Below, piece after piece: positions 55,971 through 64,000 of a stretch of DNA of 64,000 bases. Origin of the DNA: Spirochaetales bacterium (GTDB lineage: Bacteria > Spirochaetota > Spirochaetia > JABEVK01); assembly GCA_947478845.1 (NCBI GenBank), contig CANJXC010000005.1, positions 80,246 to 144,245 of the forward strand. The letters are read 5' to 3'. The first letter of the stretch is position 1; each line of letters opens with the position of its first letter. A program made the position numbers and the translations under genes. The notes beneath the pieces are model-generated. The model was not told the origin of the DNA. It ran no database searches and worked only from the letters and a program-made list of their open reading frames with translations.

Positions 55971-56618
55971 TTAATTCGGGTTCCGGGCCGACCGGACAGC
56001 CTCGATGAAGGCGCGGGCAGTACGGGTAACCTTCTCGTAGTCACCGGAGAGGGCCCCGTTTGTCAACTGGCTACCCACCCCAACCGCCACCGCGCCTGCT
56101 GACAGCCAAGCTTTCACGTTCTCGAGGTTGACTCCCCCGGTTGGCATCATTCGGGCCTGAGGGATGGGGCCTAAAACCCCTTTGATGAATTGCGGACCCG
56201 CCACCTCGCCAGGAAAAACCTTGATGAGGTCTGACCCTGCTTCCATGGCGGCGACCACTTCGCCCACGGTCATTGCTCCCGACATGCACGCCATTCGGTA
56301 CCGATTGCAAAGCCGAACGGTTTCCAAATTGAGGCATGGGGACACAATAAAGTTCGCCCCTTCGAGAATGGCGATGCGAGCTGTTTCGGGGTCAAGCACC
56401 GACCCTGCACCCAAGAGCAGTTCTCTTGAGAGGAATCGGCGCTCGAGGGTAGCGATCACTTCGTGGGCCCTCGGCACGGTGAAGGTTACTTCAATGGCAA
56501 CGACACCGCCTTCCAAGCAAGCTTCTGCAATTCTTAAGGCTTGGTCTGCGGACTCAGCACGAACCACGGCAACGACACCCGACTCACGGATGCGTAGCAA
56601 GACCGATTCTTTGTCCAT
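55971..56618 (-). CDS. eda: KHG/KDPG aldolase
   Basis: Class I aldolase Eda motifs (VVAVVR, EVTF, GAGSV, FPG). GGGAG RBS before ATG 56618. Upstream ATG 56636 has no RBS. Confidence 0.9.
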   Translation of the reverse strand: MDKESVLLRIRESGVVAVVRAESADQALRIAEACLEGGVVAIEVTFTVPRAHEVIATLERRFLSRELLLGAGSVLDPETARIAILEGANFIVSPCLNLETVRLCNRYRMACMSGAMTVGEVVAAMEAGSDLIKVFPGEVAGPQFIKGVLGPIPQARMMPTGGVNLENVKAWLSAGAVAVGVGSQLTNGALSGDYEKVTRTARAFIEAVRSARNPN

Positions 56619-56627
56619 AGGGCTCCC

Positions 56628-56659
56628 GTGTTTCATTTATTAAAACGACGTTTTATAAT
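56628..56659 (-). promoter_or_regulatory. KdgR-type operator: perfect half-site AAATGAAACA plus adjacent palindrome AAAACG-a-CGTTTT, upstream of eda-kdgK-kduI-kduD
   Basis: AAATGAAACA at 56628-56637 on the transcribed strand. ATTAAAACGACGTTTTATAAT at 56639-56659 matches AATRAAAYRNYRTTTYATT at 17 of 19 positions. Confidence 0.5.
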
Positions 56660-56800
56660 ATCTAAGAGTTTGGAACGCTGTCAAGAATATTTGACGGGAA
56701 AGTCAGCACGCGGTACAATTGGCAGAACGATGTTTCACCTAATAAGACGCGAAGGTTTTGTGGTTGCGGTTTCCTCGAACGTCCCGTCGAGGATGCCACT

Positions 56801-57610
56801 TTGACCCGCCGACGCTTCCTCGGGTACGACGAAGGCAAGCAGACTCTGGGACTTTACGATACCTCCGCCTCGGAACCTGCTTGGCTGCTAGGCCTCGCCG
56901 GACTTCCGCTCGCGAGGGATCTCCAAAAACTGGACTCGGATAAGGTCCTAGTTGGATTCAACCGCGGATTCTTTGAAGTTCACGTCAACTCTGGCAAAAT
57001 TCTGACCTTACAGGACCGATGGAACGGGGTCACTTCGGTTCGGCGGGTCGGCGAGCGAACGCTTCTGACAGGTATTGGTCTCGAGGGGCGACTCGGCGTC
57101 ACTGTAGCTACCCTAACGGCGACTGCGGGCCTGGAAAAAATGGCACGGCGGAATGGAAACTATGTCCGCTTAATGCGTCTAACGCCGACCGGTACCTATT
57201 TACTTTGTACCGACGATCACATTCTCGAAACAACCCCCGACCTTGTCGAACTTCGCAAACTGACGGCTCCAGGGTTTAGGCATGCTTGGATGGCGCAAAG
57301 AATGGAAGACGGAAGCACTCTTGTCTCGGCAGGCTATGGCGCCTTCATGGCACGGTTTGACGCCGAGGGCCAACTTTGTCAGAGGTTTGGCGGGACCGGC
57401 GAGGTACCCTCCGAGGTGGCACCTTTTTTCTATGCCGGCTTCCAAGTCATGGAAGATGGCCACATTATTGCCGTAAATTGGCAGGGTCATGGCCCAGAAA
57501 ACGGTCACAAAGGTCGCCAATTGGTGGAGTTCGACGCCTCAGGTAATTACGCTGACAGCTGGTCGAGCCCCGCAAACATATCTTCCCTTCAGGGGTTACT
57601 CATCCTCTGA
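56801..57610 (+). CDS. hypothetical protein
   Basis: 269-aa ORF with a TTG start. No recognisable motifs. Start codon uncertain. Confidence 0.35.
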   Translation: MTRRRFLGYDEGKQTLGLYDTSASEPAWLLGLAGLPLARDLQKLDSDKVLVGFNRGFFEVHVNSGKILTLQDRWNGVTSVRRVGERTLLTGIGLEGRLGVTVATLTATAGLEKMARRNGNYVRLMRLTPTGTYLLCTDDHILETTPDLVELRKLTAPGFRHAWMAQRMEDGSTLVSAGYGAFMARFDAEGQLCQRFGGTGEVPSEVAPFFYAGFQVMEDGHIIAVNWQGHGPENGHKGRQLVEFDASGNYADSWSSPANISSLQGLLIL

Positions 57611-57775
57611 CCGAACAACACCTCACCCAACTGATCTGTGGAAGTCCTTGCAATTGGTGTTTCCGTGCGCTAAGGTAAACTTGTTGTACAATCGGACTGG
57701 ACCGCACCTTCAGCGGGTTTACTCTCAGGTGCCAGTGAGAAAATCCACCCAGGGTCAAATCATAAGGAGTCTTGA

Positions 57776-58300
57776 ATGCGTGATTTTATCGAGGGAAGCG
57801 TAGAGAGACTGATCTTTGCTAGTCGCTGGTTGCTCGCACCCTTCTATCTTGGGCTAGTCGGTGCCGTACTCGTGCTGCTGTTCAAGTTTTGCGAAATGTT
57901 TTTCAATTTCGCTGTGAGAGCATTTGAGTCGGACTCGACCGCTATTTTGCTCGCAGTTCTTAATCTCATTGACTATACCCTGCTAGCCAACCTCATGATT
58001 TTGGTTATTTTCAGCGGGTATGAGAACTTTGTATCAAAGATCACAATCGCCGAAAACTCGCCAGACCGACCGGAATGGATGGGGGAGGTTGATTTTGCGG
58101 GCTTGAAGCTCAAACTAATTGGCTCGATCGTGGCACTTTCTGCCATCAACCTCCTAGGGGCTTTCTTCAATCTTAAAGACTGGACAAGTGAGCAATTGGC
58201 CTGGATGGTTGGCATCCATCTCGCGTTTGTTTTCACTGCAGTAATGTTCGCGCTTTCAGAAAAAATTGGTATCCACGGTGTCGTCCACAAAGGGAAGTAA
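57776..58300 (+). CDS. yqhA: YqhA-family (UPF0114) inner-membrane protein
   Basis: Colinear similarity to E. coli YqhA (ASRWLLAP.Y.GL, FSGYENFVS, WM.G.HL.FV). Confidence 0.85.
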   Translation: MRDFIEGSVERLIFASRWLLAPFYLGLVGAVLVLLFKFCEMFFNFAVRAFESDSTAILLAVLNLIDYTLLANLMILVIFSGYENFVSKITIAENSPDRPEWMGEVDFAGLKLKLIGSIVALSAINLLGAFFNLKDWTSEQLAWMVGIHLAFVFTAVMFALSEKIGIHGVVHKGK

Positions 58301-58321
58301 ACCTAGATAACTTGATAGGAA

Positions 58322-59842
58322 TCATCCTCCATAATTGGCTGACCAGCTGAGAAAGGTTTCGGCAGCTAGTTCATGATTGGAGGGAACATAAAGGTTTACT
58401 TCAAAGGACTTTGCCACGGCTTGTCGTGCTTCTGCTATCGAACTGAAGGTCCCCAGGGCAACAAACTGGCAGGCAATATTTCCCAAAGCGGTGGTTTCAG
58501 CGGGACCGGTGAAAACCGGTCGGCCGCAGATGTCGGCGGTTAATTGGCAAAGCAAAAGGTTTTGCGCCCCTCCCCCGACAAGCCAGAGTTCGCCAAACTG
58601 TTTACCGGTTACCATTTCCATTTTCTCAAGGCTACTGCGGAACTCGCAGGCCAAGCTTTCGAGTACACAGCGGATTATGCCACCACGACCTTGCGGTAAC
58701 GGCATCTTCTTCTTGCGACAATACTCTTCTATTCGCCCCGGCATGTCGCCAGGAGTAGAGAACATCGGGTCTTTGACGTCGATGAGGCTGGCGCCCCAAG
58801 GGGCCCCGGTGGCCCATTCCACTAGGTCGCGGTGCTCCCATTTCTGACCGTCCCGCTCCCACCAGCGCTTGCACTCTTGCACCAGCCACATCCCCATGAT
58901 GTTGCTTAGAAGCAGGTTGGTTCCAAACGCACCGGCCTCGTTGGAGAATCCACCCAGACGAGCTTCCTCGCCCAACACCGGTGCATTTAGTTCCGTAGCC
59001 AGCAGGGCCCAGGTTCCGCAGCTGATGAACGCAAACGGTTTTCCCGAAGTGGAAGGAACCGCCAGTGCGGCGCTTTCAGTATCATGGCTGGGCACAAGCG
59101 CAACTTGGGTATCGGGGGACAGACCTACTTCTCTTGCCACCTCGGGAAGAAGAGGGCCAAGAAGTGTTCCCGGTTCAAGGACATTCTGCATCAAGTGAGG
59201 TGGAACCCCCAGTTTCTCAAGAATATCCTGGTCCCAATCGACCTGACCTGCCCTCAGCATTTGCGAGGTTCCCGCGATGGTTCTTTCCGCGGCTTTTCGC
59301 CCGGTTAGAAAATAATTGAGCAGGTCAGGGGAGAACAGCAACGTTTCGGCGCCTTGCAGAAAGTTTGGATCTGCTTCGAGAGCGCCACTAAGCTGCCCTG
59401 TGGTGTTGAACCAGAACTCCTGGACCCCGGTACGCCGAAAAAGGACTCCTTCGCCAAAACGGGCCGAAAGTTTGGAAACCTGTCCTTCGGTCCGTTTGTC
59501 CCGGTAATGAACGGGATTTCCCAGAAGCCTACCCTTCCGGTCCAACAGACCAAAGTCGACACCCCAGGTGTCGATACCTAGGCATCGGATGGTGTCGCCA
59601 GGGGGAAGGGTGCGAATCGCTTCGCGGATGCCTTTCTGTGTTTCGTGAAACAGGCGAAGGATGTCCCAATGCAAAGTTCCAACGACCTCTACAGGCTCGT
59701 TATCAAACCGATGAACCTCCTGAAGTTCCAGCTTTCCTGCAGCCAAGTTCCACGAACCTCGTATCACCCGACCACCGGAAGCGCCGAGGTCAATCGCGAG
59801 AACGTGGTCCACAGGGTTAGTACCTTCCGTAGAGCGGACCAT
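58322..59842 (-). CDS. rhaB: FGGY-family ketose kinase, rhamnulokinase (RhaB)-like (could act as L-fuculokinase)
   Basis: Motifs shared with E. coli RhaB ([39 protein letters not shown]). Start ATG 59842. Confidence 0.8.
   Translation of the reverse strand: MVRSTEGTNPVDHVLAIDLGASGGRVIRGSWNLAAGKLELQEVHRFDNEPVEVVGTLHWDILRLFHETQKGIREAIRTLPPGDTIRCLGIDTWGVDFGLLDRKGRLLGNPVHYRDKRTEGQVSKLSARFGEGVLFRRTGVQEFWFNTTGQLSGALEADPNFLQGAETLLFSPDLLNYFLTGRKAAERTIAGTSQMLRAGQVDWDQDILEKLGVPPHLMQNVLEPGTLLGPLLPEVAREVGLSPDTQVALVPSHDTESAALAVPSTSGKPFAFISCGTWALLATELNAPVLGEEARLGGFSNEAGAFGTNLLLSNIMGMWLVQECKRWWERDGQKWEHRDLVEWATGAPWGASLIDVKDPMFSTPGDMPGRIEEYCRKKKMPLPQGRGGIIRCVLESLACEFRSSLEKMEMVTGKQFGELWLVGGGAQNLLLCQLTADICGRPVFTGPAETTALGNIACQFVALGTFSSIAEARQAVAKSFEVNLYVPSNHELAAETFLSWSANYGG
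59116..59126 (+). repeat. dispersed word, copy 13 (11/12: GGGACAGACCTa), antisense in kinase gene
   Basis: preceded by CGGGG. Confidence 0.8.
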
Positions 59843-61619
59843 AGGCGGCGCAAGCACGATAGTCGCCACTTTCTGGCTCGGAAGTTCCAAAGGCCGACCA
59901 AGACGCCGGGCGGAACACCTTATCAGGATCGACGTTGTGCATGCACACAGGAATGCGAAGCAGAGCACACAGAGCAATCAGGTCGGCACCGATGTGCCCG
60001 TAGCTAAAGGCACCATGGTTGGCACCCCAGTTGTTCATCACCGTGTACACGTCGCGGAAAGCTCCGTGTCCGGTAACGTTGGGCGCAAACCAAGTGCTTG
60101 GCCAGGTGGGGTTGGTACGGTCTTCCAAAGTCTTCGCCACCACCTTGGGAAGGTTGACGGTGTACCCTTCGGCCAACTGAAGCACAGGACCGACACCGGC
60201 CACGTGGTTCAATCGCACCAGCGTTACGGGCATTTCGCCCTCGGTCGACCAAGTGGAGGAGAAACCGCCGCCGCGGAAATACTCTGTGATGGCCGGTCCC
60301 CAGGTGGTGGCTTTGAGCGAAGCGGTCACATCTTCTTCGGTTATCTCCCAAAAGGGTTTCATCAGGCTGTTGCCTTTTTTGTCTTTCATCCTGCCGGCAC
60401 CATCAAGGGCGGCGGCACCTGAGTTGATCAGGTGGATGATGCCTTTCGCACTATGACCTTCGAGCTTGTGGCCGGTGACCCGCTTCACAGAATCCGGGCT
60501 CCAATAGGTGCGTACATCGGCGAAAACTTGGGCCGTTCCCGTCAGCAGGTGGCTGAAGAGCATGGTCACGCCATTGAGGCTGTCGTTTTCGGTGGCGACC
60601 ACGAAGGCCTCGCGTATCCCGTTCCAATCGAAACTGCTGCACAGGATGGCCTCAAGGAAATCGCCATTGGGCGAGTGGTCGGTCCAAGCCCTTTGACCCT
60701 GAAAACCCGAGGCGATTGCATTTCGGCCCAAAGCCTCCTCACCGAAGCCGAGCTCGGCAAGTCGGGGGTTGCCAATCATCAAATCTCGGGCGATGAGTAC
60801 CATCTTCACAACGTATTCCCACTCTTTGTCGAGCTGGGGTTGCTTCTTCTTGGCTTTAGGCGGGTTGAGGTCTGTCCCTTGCGGACAATTCTTTTTGACC
60901 CAGGTGAGCGCTTTCTTAAACTCTTCGGGGTCAAAAATACCTTCATCGATGCGCCGGGAGAACTCACTCATGTCTACAAACTCATTTCGCATCCCGAGGT
61001 ACTTCTGAAAAAAGTCCTCATTGACAATCGAACCGGCGATGCCCATCGAAACCGAACCTATCGAAAGGTAAGAGCGTCCCTGCATGGTCGCCACGGCAAG
61101 GCCGGCTCTGACAAACCGCAGGATTTTTTCTTGCACGTCTGAAGGGATTTTCGTGTCGCCAGCTTCCTGAACTTCATGGCCATAAATGCCGAAACAAGGA
61201 AGGCCCTTCTGCGCATGGGCAGCAAGGACGGCTGCCAGGTACACGGCGCCGGGGCGCTCTGTGCCGTTAAATCCCCAAACGGCCTTCGGGGTCAGTGGGT
61301 CCATGTCCATAGTCTCGCTTCCATAGCACCAGCAAGGGGTTACCGTTAACGTCAGTCCTACCCCTTGCTCACGGAAATACTCCCGGCATCGGGCAGCTTC
61401 GTTGACTCCCCCTATCGTTGTTTCTGCAATCACGCATTCGACGGGTTCACCGCTGGGGTGGCGGAGGTTCTTGCTGATAAACTTGGCAGCAGCCTTAGCC
61501 AGATTCAATGTCTGCTCCTCAAGCGATTCCCTTACGCCGTTAAGGCGACCGTCGATCGTAGGACGGATTCCCACTTTGGGCAGTGCAGCCTTCCAGATTG
61601 CTGATGTTTTCTTTGCCAT
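59817..61619 (-). CDS. fucI: L-fucose isomerase
   Basis: 600 aa, colinear with E. coli FucI ([48 protein letters not shown]). Confidence 0.95.
   Translation of the reverse strand: MAKKTSAIWKAALPKVGIRPTIDGRLNGVRESLEEQTLNLAKAAAKFISKNLRHPSGEPVECVIAETTIGGVNEAARCREYFREQGVGLTLTVTPCWCYGSETMDMDPLTPKAVWGFNGTERPGAVYLAAVLAAHAQKGLPCFGIYGHEVQEAGDTKIPSDVQEKILRFVRAGLAVATMQGRSYLSIGSVSMGIAGSIVNEDFFQKYLGMRNEFVDMSEFSRRIDEGIFDPEEFKKALTWVKKNCPQGTDLNPPKAKKKQPQLDKEWEYVVKMVLIARDLMIGNPRLAELGFGEEALGRNAIASGFQGQRAWTDHSPNGDFLEAILCSSFDWNGIREAFVVATENDSLNGVTMLFSHLLTGTAQVFADVRTYWSPDSVKRVTGHKLEGHSAKGIIHLINSGAAALDGAGRMKDKKGNSLMKPFWEITEEDVTASLKATTWGPAITEYFRGGGFSSTWSTEGEMPVTLVRLNHVAGVGPVLQLAEGYTVNLPKVVAKTLEDRTNPTWPSTWFAPNVTGHGAFRDVYTVMNNWGANHGAFSYGHIGADLIALCALLRIPVCMHNVDPDKVFRPASWSAFGTSEPESGDYRACAAYGPLYGRY
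60867..60878 (-). repeat. dispersed word GGGACAGACCTC, copy 14 (minus) in fucI
   Basis: exact 12/12. Confidence 0.9.
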
Positions 61620-61642
61620 GTCGTCTCCTTGATTGAAAAGTT

Positions 61643-62584
61643 TTATTGAAGGTCACTAAGACTTGGAATAGAAGGGATTCCCCCCCTCTTAGTGGTCGAG
61701 GCCGAGCCGGACTTCACACCAAACGCTGCCAAGGCGGCGGCTTCAGCGGGGAGAACCTCAGAGGGGGCCTTGCCCAACGCCAGAAGGGAATGCAGGACCC
61801 CAGCCATGAAGCAGTCGCCGGCTCCTGTGGTATCCACGACTTTTACGGGCGCCGGGCTCTGCCGACCCCACTCCCCGCCACATTTCCAAAGACAACCCTG
61901 AGGCCCGAGAGTGACGAAAAACAGAGGAGCCGGAAACTTTTGGTGGAGGCGCTTAGCTTGCGCAAACGGGTCACCTGCCGGCTCGTCCAACGCAAAGGCC
62001 ACTTCCTCTTCGCTGATTTTCACAATGTCTGCGAGGGACAGACCTCCCTGGATGGCCCGCCGGGCTTCTGCCGGATTTTCCCAGAGCCGAGGTCGGTAGT
62101 TGGGGTCGAAACTAATGGTCACGCCGGCTACTTGATGTGATTTCGCTGAAGCCAGGTTGTTGGCAAATCCCACCGACTCGCACATCGAAACTGTACTGAA
62201 ATGAAAAATCTGCGGCAAATGGGAAGCGTCGGCAAGAGCTACCGGAAGGCCCGCACAACTTGTTCCCTGCCACAGGAAATCAAAACTGCGGTCTCCGTGG
62301 GCATCGAGTGAGACGATAGCCATGGTGGTTGGAGGAAAATCGCTCGTCAGGCGAGAGGTATCGACTTTGCCGTCCTCTAGGGTTTTTCTCAGGAGGCTGC
62401 CAAGGGCATCAGCACCTACGCGGCCTGAGAAACTGACGCGGTGGTCCCATCGCCCGAGAGCAACAGCGAGGTTGGCGACACCCCCACCGGGAAGCGCCTC
62501 GTAAGCCGGGAAACCCATGGGTCCGGGACCGTGCTGTGAAAGGTCTATGAGTACCTCACCGTGGGCCAGCACTTCAGGGTTCAT
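61643..62584 (-). CDS. PfkB-family sugar kinase (fructokinase-like)
   Basis: [15 protein letters not shown] and [12 protein letters not shown] motifs. Overlaps the fucU stop. Confidence 0.8.
   Translation of the reverse strand: MNPEVLAHGEVLIDLSQHGPGPMGFPAYEALPGGGVANLAVALGRWDHRVSFSGRVGADALGSLLRKTLEDGKVDTSRLTSDFPPTTMAIVSLDAHGDRSFDFLWQGTSCAGLPVALADASHLPQIFHFSTVSMCESVGFANNLASAKSHQVAGVTISFDPNYRPRLWENPAEARRAIQGGLSLADIVKISEEEVAFALDEPAGDPFAQAKRLHQKFPAPLFFVTLGPQGCLWKCGGEWGRQSPAPVKVVDTTGAGDCFMAGVLHSLLALGKAPSEVLPAEAAALAAFGVKSGSASTTKRGGIPSIPSLSDLQ
62045..62056 (+). repeat. dispersed word GGGACAGACCTC, copy 15, antisense in PfkB kinase gene
   Basis: exact 12/12. Confidence 0.9.
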
Positions 62585-63012
62585 ACCGGAATTACCCCTT
62601 TCTTGAGGATGATGTTGCCATATTTAACTGTTTCACCGGTCATCACCACAGCAAACGCTTCTCGGGAGCGGTCATAGAACTTGAAGCGCTCGAGGCGGGT
62701 GAACGCTGGGGCTTTGGGCCAGTGTTTCTCAATGGCGGCTCGGTAGGTCTTCTCCATTCTGGGGTCTAAGTGGTCGCCCTTGACCGGATCCATGATGACC
62801 AGCGAGTCGACCACAAAGTCGTCCAAATTGATCAGCCTAAGGATTCCGTCCAAGAGATCTGGAATACGAAGACCATCAGCGCGAATAACGCGCTTTCCAA
62901 GCGAATCTCCCGTAAAAAAGGCGTCGGCAAGGACGATTTCATCACCATGTCCCATTCGGAAAAGCACGTCCAAAAGCTCGGGCCCTATTACCGGTGAAAT
63001 GCCAATTAACAT
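62581..63012 (-). CDS. fucU: L-fucose mutarotase (RbsD/FucU family)
   Basis: Colinear with E. coli FucU (MGHGDEI, RADGL, KAFA.V.TGE.AKYGNILLKKGV). Confidence 0.9.
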   Translation of the reverse strand: MLIGISPVIGPELLDVLFRMGHGDEIVLADAFFTGDSLGKRVIRADGLRIPDLLDGILRLINLDDFVVDSLVIMDPVKGDHLDPRMEKTYRAAIEKHWPKAPAFTRLERFKFYDRSREAFAVVMTGETVKYGNIILKKGVIPV

Positions 63013-63035
63013 AGCTGAATCTCCTCTTGAGGGAA

Positions 63036-63049
63036 TGTAATCGTTTACA
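63036..63049 (+). promoter_or_regulatory. LacI/CcpA-family operator-like pseudo-palindrome TGTAATCGTTTACA
   Basis: Fits TGnAAnCGnTTnCA. Lies 24 nt upstream of the fucU ATG and downstream of the LacI-family gene. Confidence 0.5.
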
Positions 63050-63079
63050 GAACCACACTAGACCCAGTGGGCAATTCTG

Positions 63080-64000
63080 TCAAGTTTTATTCTGGGAACT
63101 CAGGTACAGAAGGGGTTCGAACAGGACTGTCCGAGGGGAACCAGGTTGTCCCTGGAGCCGTTCAAGGAGGAAACGCGTAGCTTGCGCACCCATCTCGTAG
63201 GCTTGCTGGCGCACGTGGGTGATCGGTGGATCCACTAGGTCTCCCATCTCGTCAAAAACAACTAATTCCAGATCTTGTGGCACTTTGAAACCTAATTCGC
63301 GGAAGGCCTTCAGAGCACCGATTCCCAGCAAATTAGCGGTGGCCAAAACGGCTTCTGGAGCAAGGTTCTCATCAATGAGTTCTCTTGCGAGCCGAAACCC
63401 CGCCTCAATGGTGAACTCGCCCGATCTGACAAGGTGCGGATTGTCTTCTAGATGATATTTTCGTACCAGAACCCGGTATGCCTCGTTTCTCTCTCGGCCA
63501 AGCCTCGAGGTCTCGGGTCCTCCGATCAGTGCGACACGTCGGTTCCCTTTTTCAGCTAAATGACTGAGCAACAGAGAGATACCACCAAAGTTGTCACTCA
63601 AGACAGTATCATGGTCTTCGCCCAGTGAACGGTCGACAACCACTAGAGGAATACGAGCCTCAGCGAGAACTCGGGGAAGCCTCTGGTTGGTTAGCACCGG
63701 AATATATACCAAGCCGTCAATTTGGCGGTCGAGAAGGTCACGCAAGTTCCGGAGCTCTTTCTCGGCATTTTCTTCGGTATCCATAATGAAGAGCGTGTAG
63801 CCCGCCGCCGAAAGTACCGCCTCGGCACCTTTGATTATCTTGAGATGAAAAGGGTTAGAGATATCCGGTACGATGACGGCAACACTTTTGCTTGTCTGCA
63901 CTTTAAGACTGCGTGCGAGTTTGTTCGGAGCGAAACTGGTTTTTCGGATTACCGAGTTAATACGTTCTAGGGTCAATGGAGCGACCGAGGACGGATCATT
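63080..64000 (-). CDS. LacI-family transcriptional regulator (5' end outside window; partial)
   Basis: Periplasmic-binding-protein-like effector domain (VAVIVPDISNPFH, VDGLVYIP). The end of the HTH region is at the window edge. Confidence 0.85.
   Translation of the reverse strand, partial: NDPSSVAPLTLERINSVIRKTSFAPNKLARSLKVQTSKSVAVIVPDISNPFHLKIIKGAEAVLSAAGYTLFIMDTEENAEKELRNLRDLLDRQIDGLVYIPVLTNQRLPRVLAEARIPLVVVDRSLGEDHDTVLSDNFGGISLLLSHLAEKGNRRVALIGGPETSRLGRERNEAYRVLVRKYHLEDNPHLVRSGEFTIEAGFRLARELIDENLAPEAVLATANLLGIGALKAFRELGFKVPQDLELVVFDEMGDLVDPPITHVRQQAYEMGAQATRFLLERLQGQPGSPRTVLFEPLLYLSSQNKT

Noticed and set aside
56680-56695. GTCAA-gaatat-TTGAC inverted repeat in the eda upstream region as a second operator
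   Set aside because: It is a 5-bp arm with a non-canonical spacer. It may be a -35 element of the divergent promoter. Kept only as a note.
56801-56830. Twin-arginine (TAT) signal in MTRRRFLG at the start of the hypothetical protein
   Set aside because: No hydrophobic h-region follows the RR motif, and the start codon itself (TTG) is uncertain.
57611-57775. Possible small RNA or riboswitch in the 165-nt spacer upstream of yqhA
   Set aside because: Only a short GCACC/GGTGC stem is visible. There is no match to any riboswitch core I can recognise.
16346-62056. Whether the recurring 12-mer could be a CRISPR array
   Set aside because: Copies are irregularly spaced (18 nt to over 14 kb), occur in both orientations and sit inside unrelated genes. 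There is no repeat-spacer periodicity and no cas genes.
1-64000. tRNA, rRNA, transposase, integrase, phage or conjugation genes
   Set aside because: No intergenic region shows a cloverleaf/T-loop (GTTCRANYC) pattern or rRNA conservation. No ORF shows DDE, tyrosine-recombinase or relaxase motifs.

Overview
This 64-kb window is a high-GC (roughly 60%) bacterial chromosomal segment, densely packed with about 60 genes on both strands. I found no rRNA, tRNA, CRISPR array, transposase or integrase. The content is dominated by carbohydrate uptake and catabolism. There are housekeeping genes (aspS, leuCD) and an E2-E3-E1 2-oxoacid dehydrogenase complex whose E1 alpha and beta subunits are fused into one gene. 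There is an msrA-msrB operon encoding exported methionine-sulfoxide reductases. There are two small type II toxin-antitoxin modules (a complete vapBC pair and a phd/yefM antitoxin with only a 20-codon vapC remnant). Several regulators are present (OmpR-type two-component system, DeoR, ArsR-like, IclR, LacI). Three features stand out. First, a 12-nt word, GGGACAGACCTC, is dispersed at least 14 times in both orientations, mostly inside coding regions and in different reading frames. This is far above chance expectation and resembles an uptake-sequence or genome-word signal. Second, an 11-kb plus-strand cluster (22.8-33.8 kb) couples the 2-oxoacid dehydrogenase complex to a PHP-domain phosphoesterase, two hexitol-phosphate dehydrogenase homologues and a fructose-6-phosphate aldolase/transaldolase homologue. 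A mannitol-1-phosphate dehydrogenase homologue and a short xylose-isomerase-like gene paired with a long PfkB-family kinase lie next to it. No PTS is present. This suggests an undescribed non-PTS polyol or ketose route. Third, several clear operator-like palindromes sit at the expected positions relative to their operons (a KdgR-type box, a LacI/cre-type box, a Phd/YefM autoregulatory palindrome).
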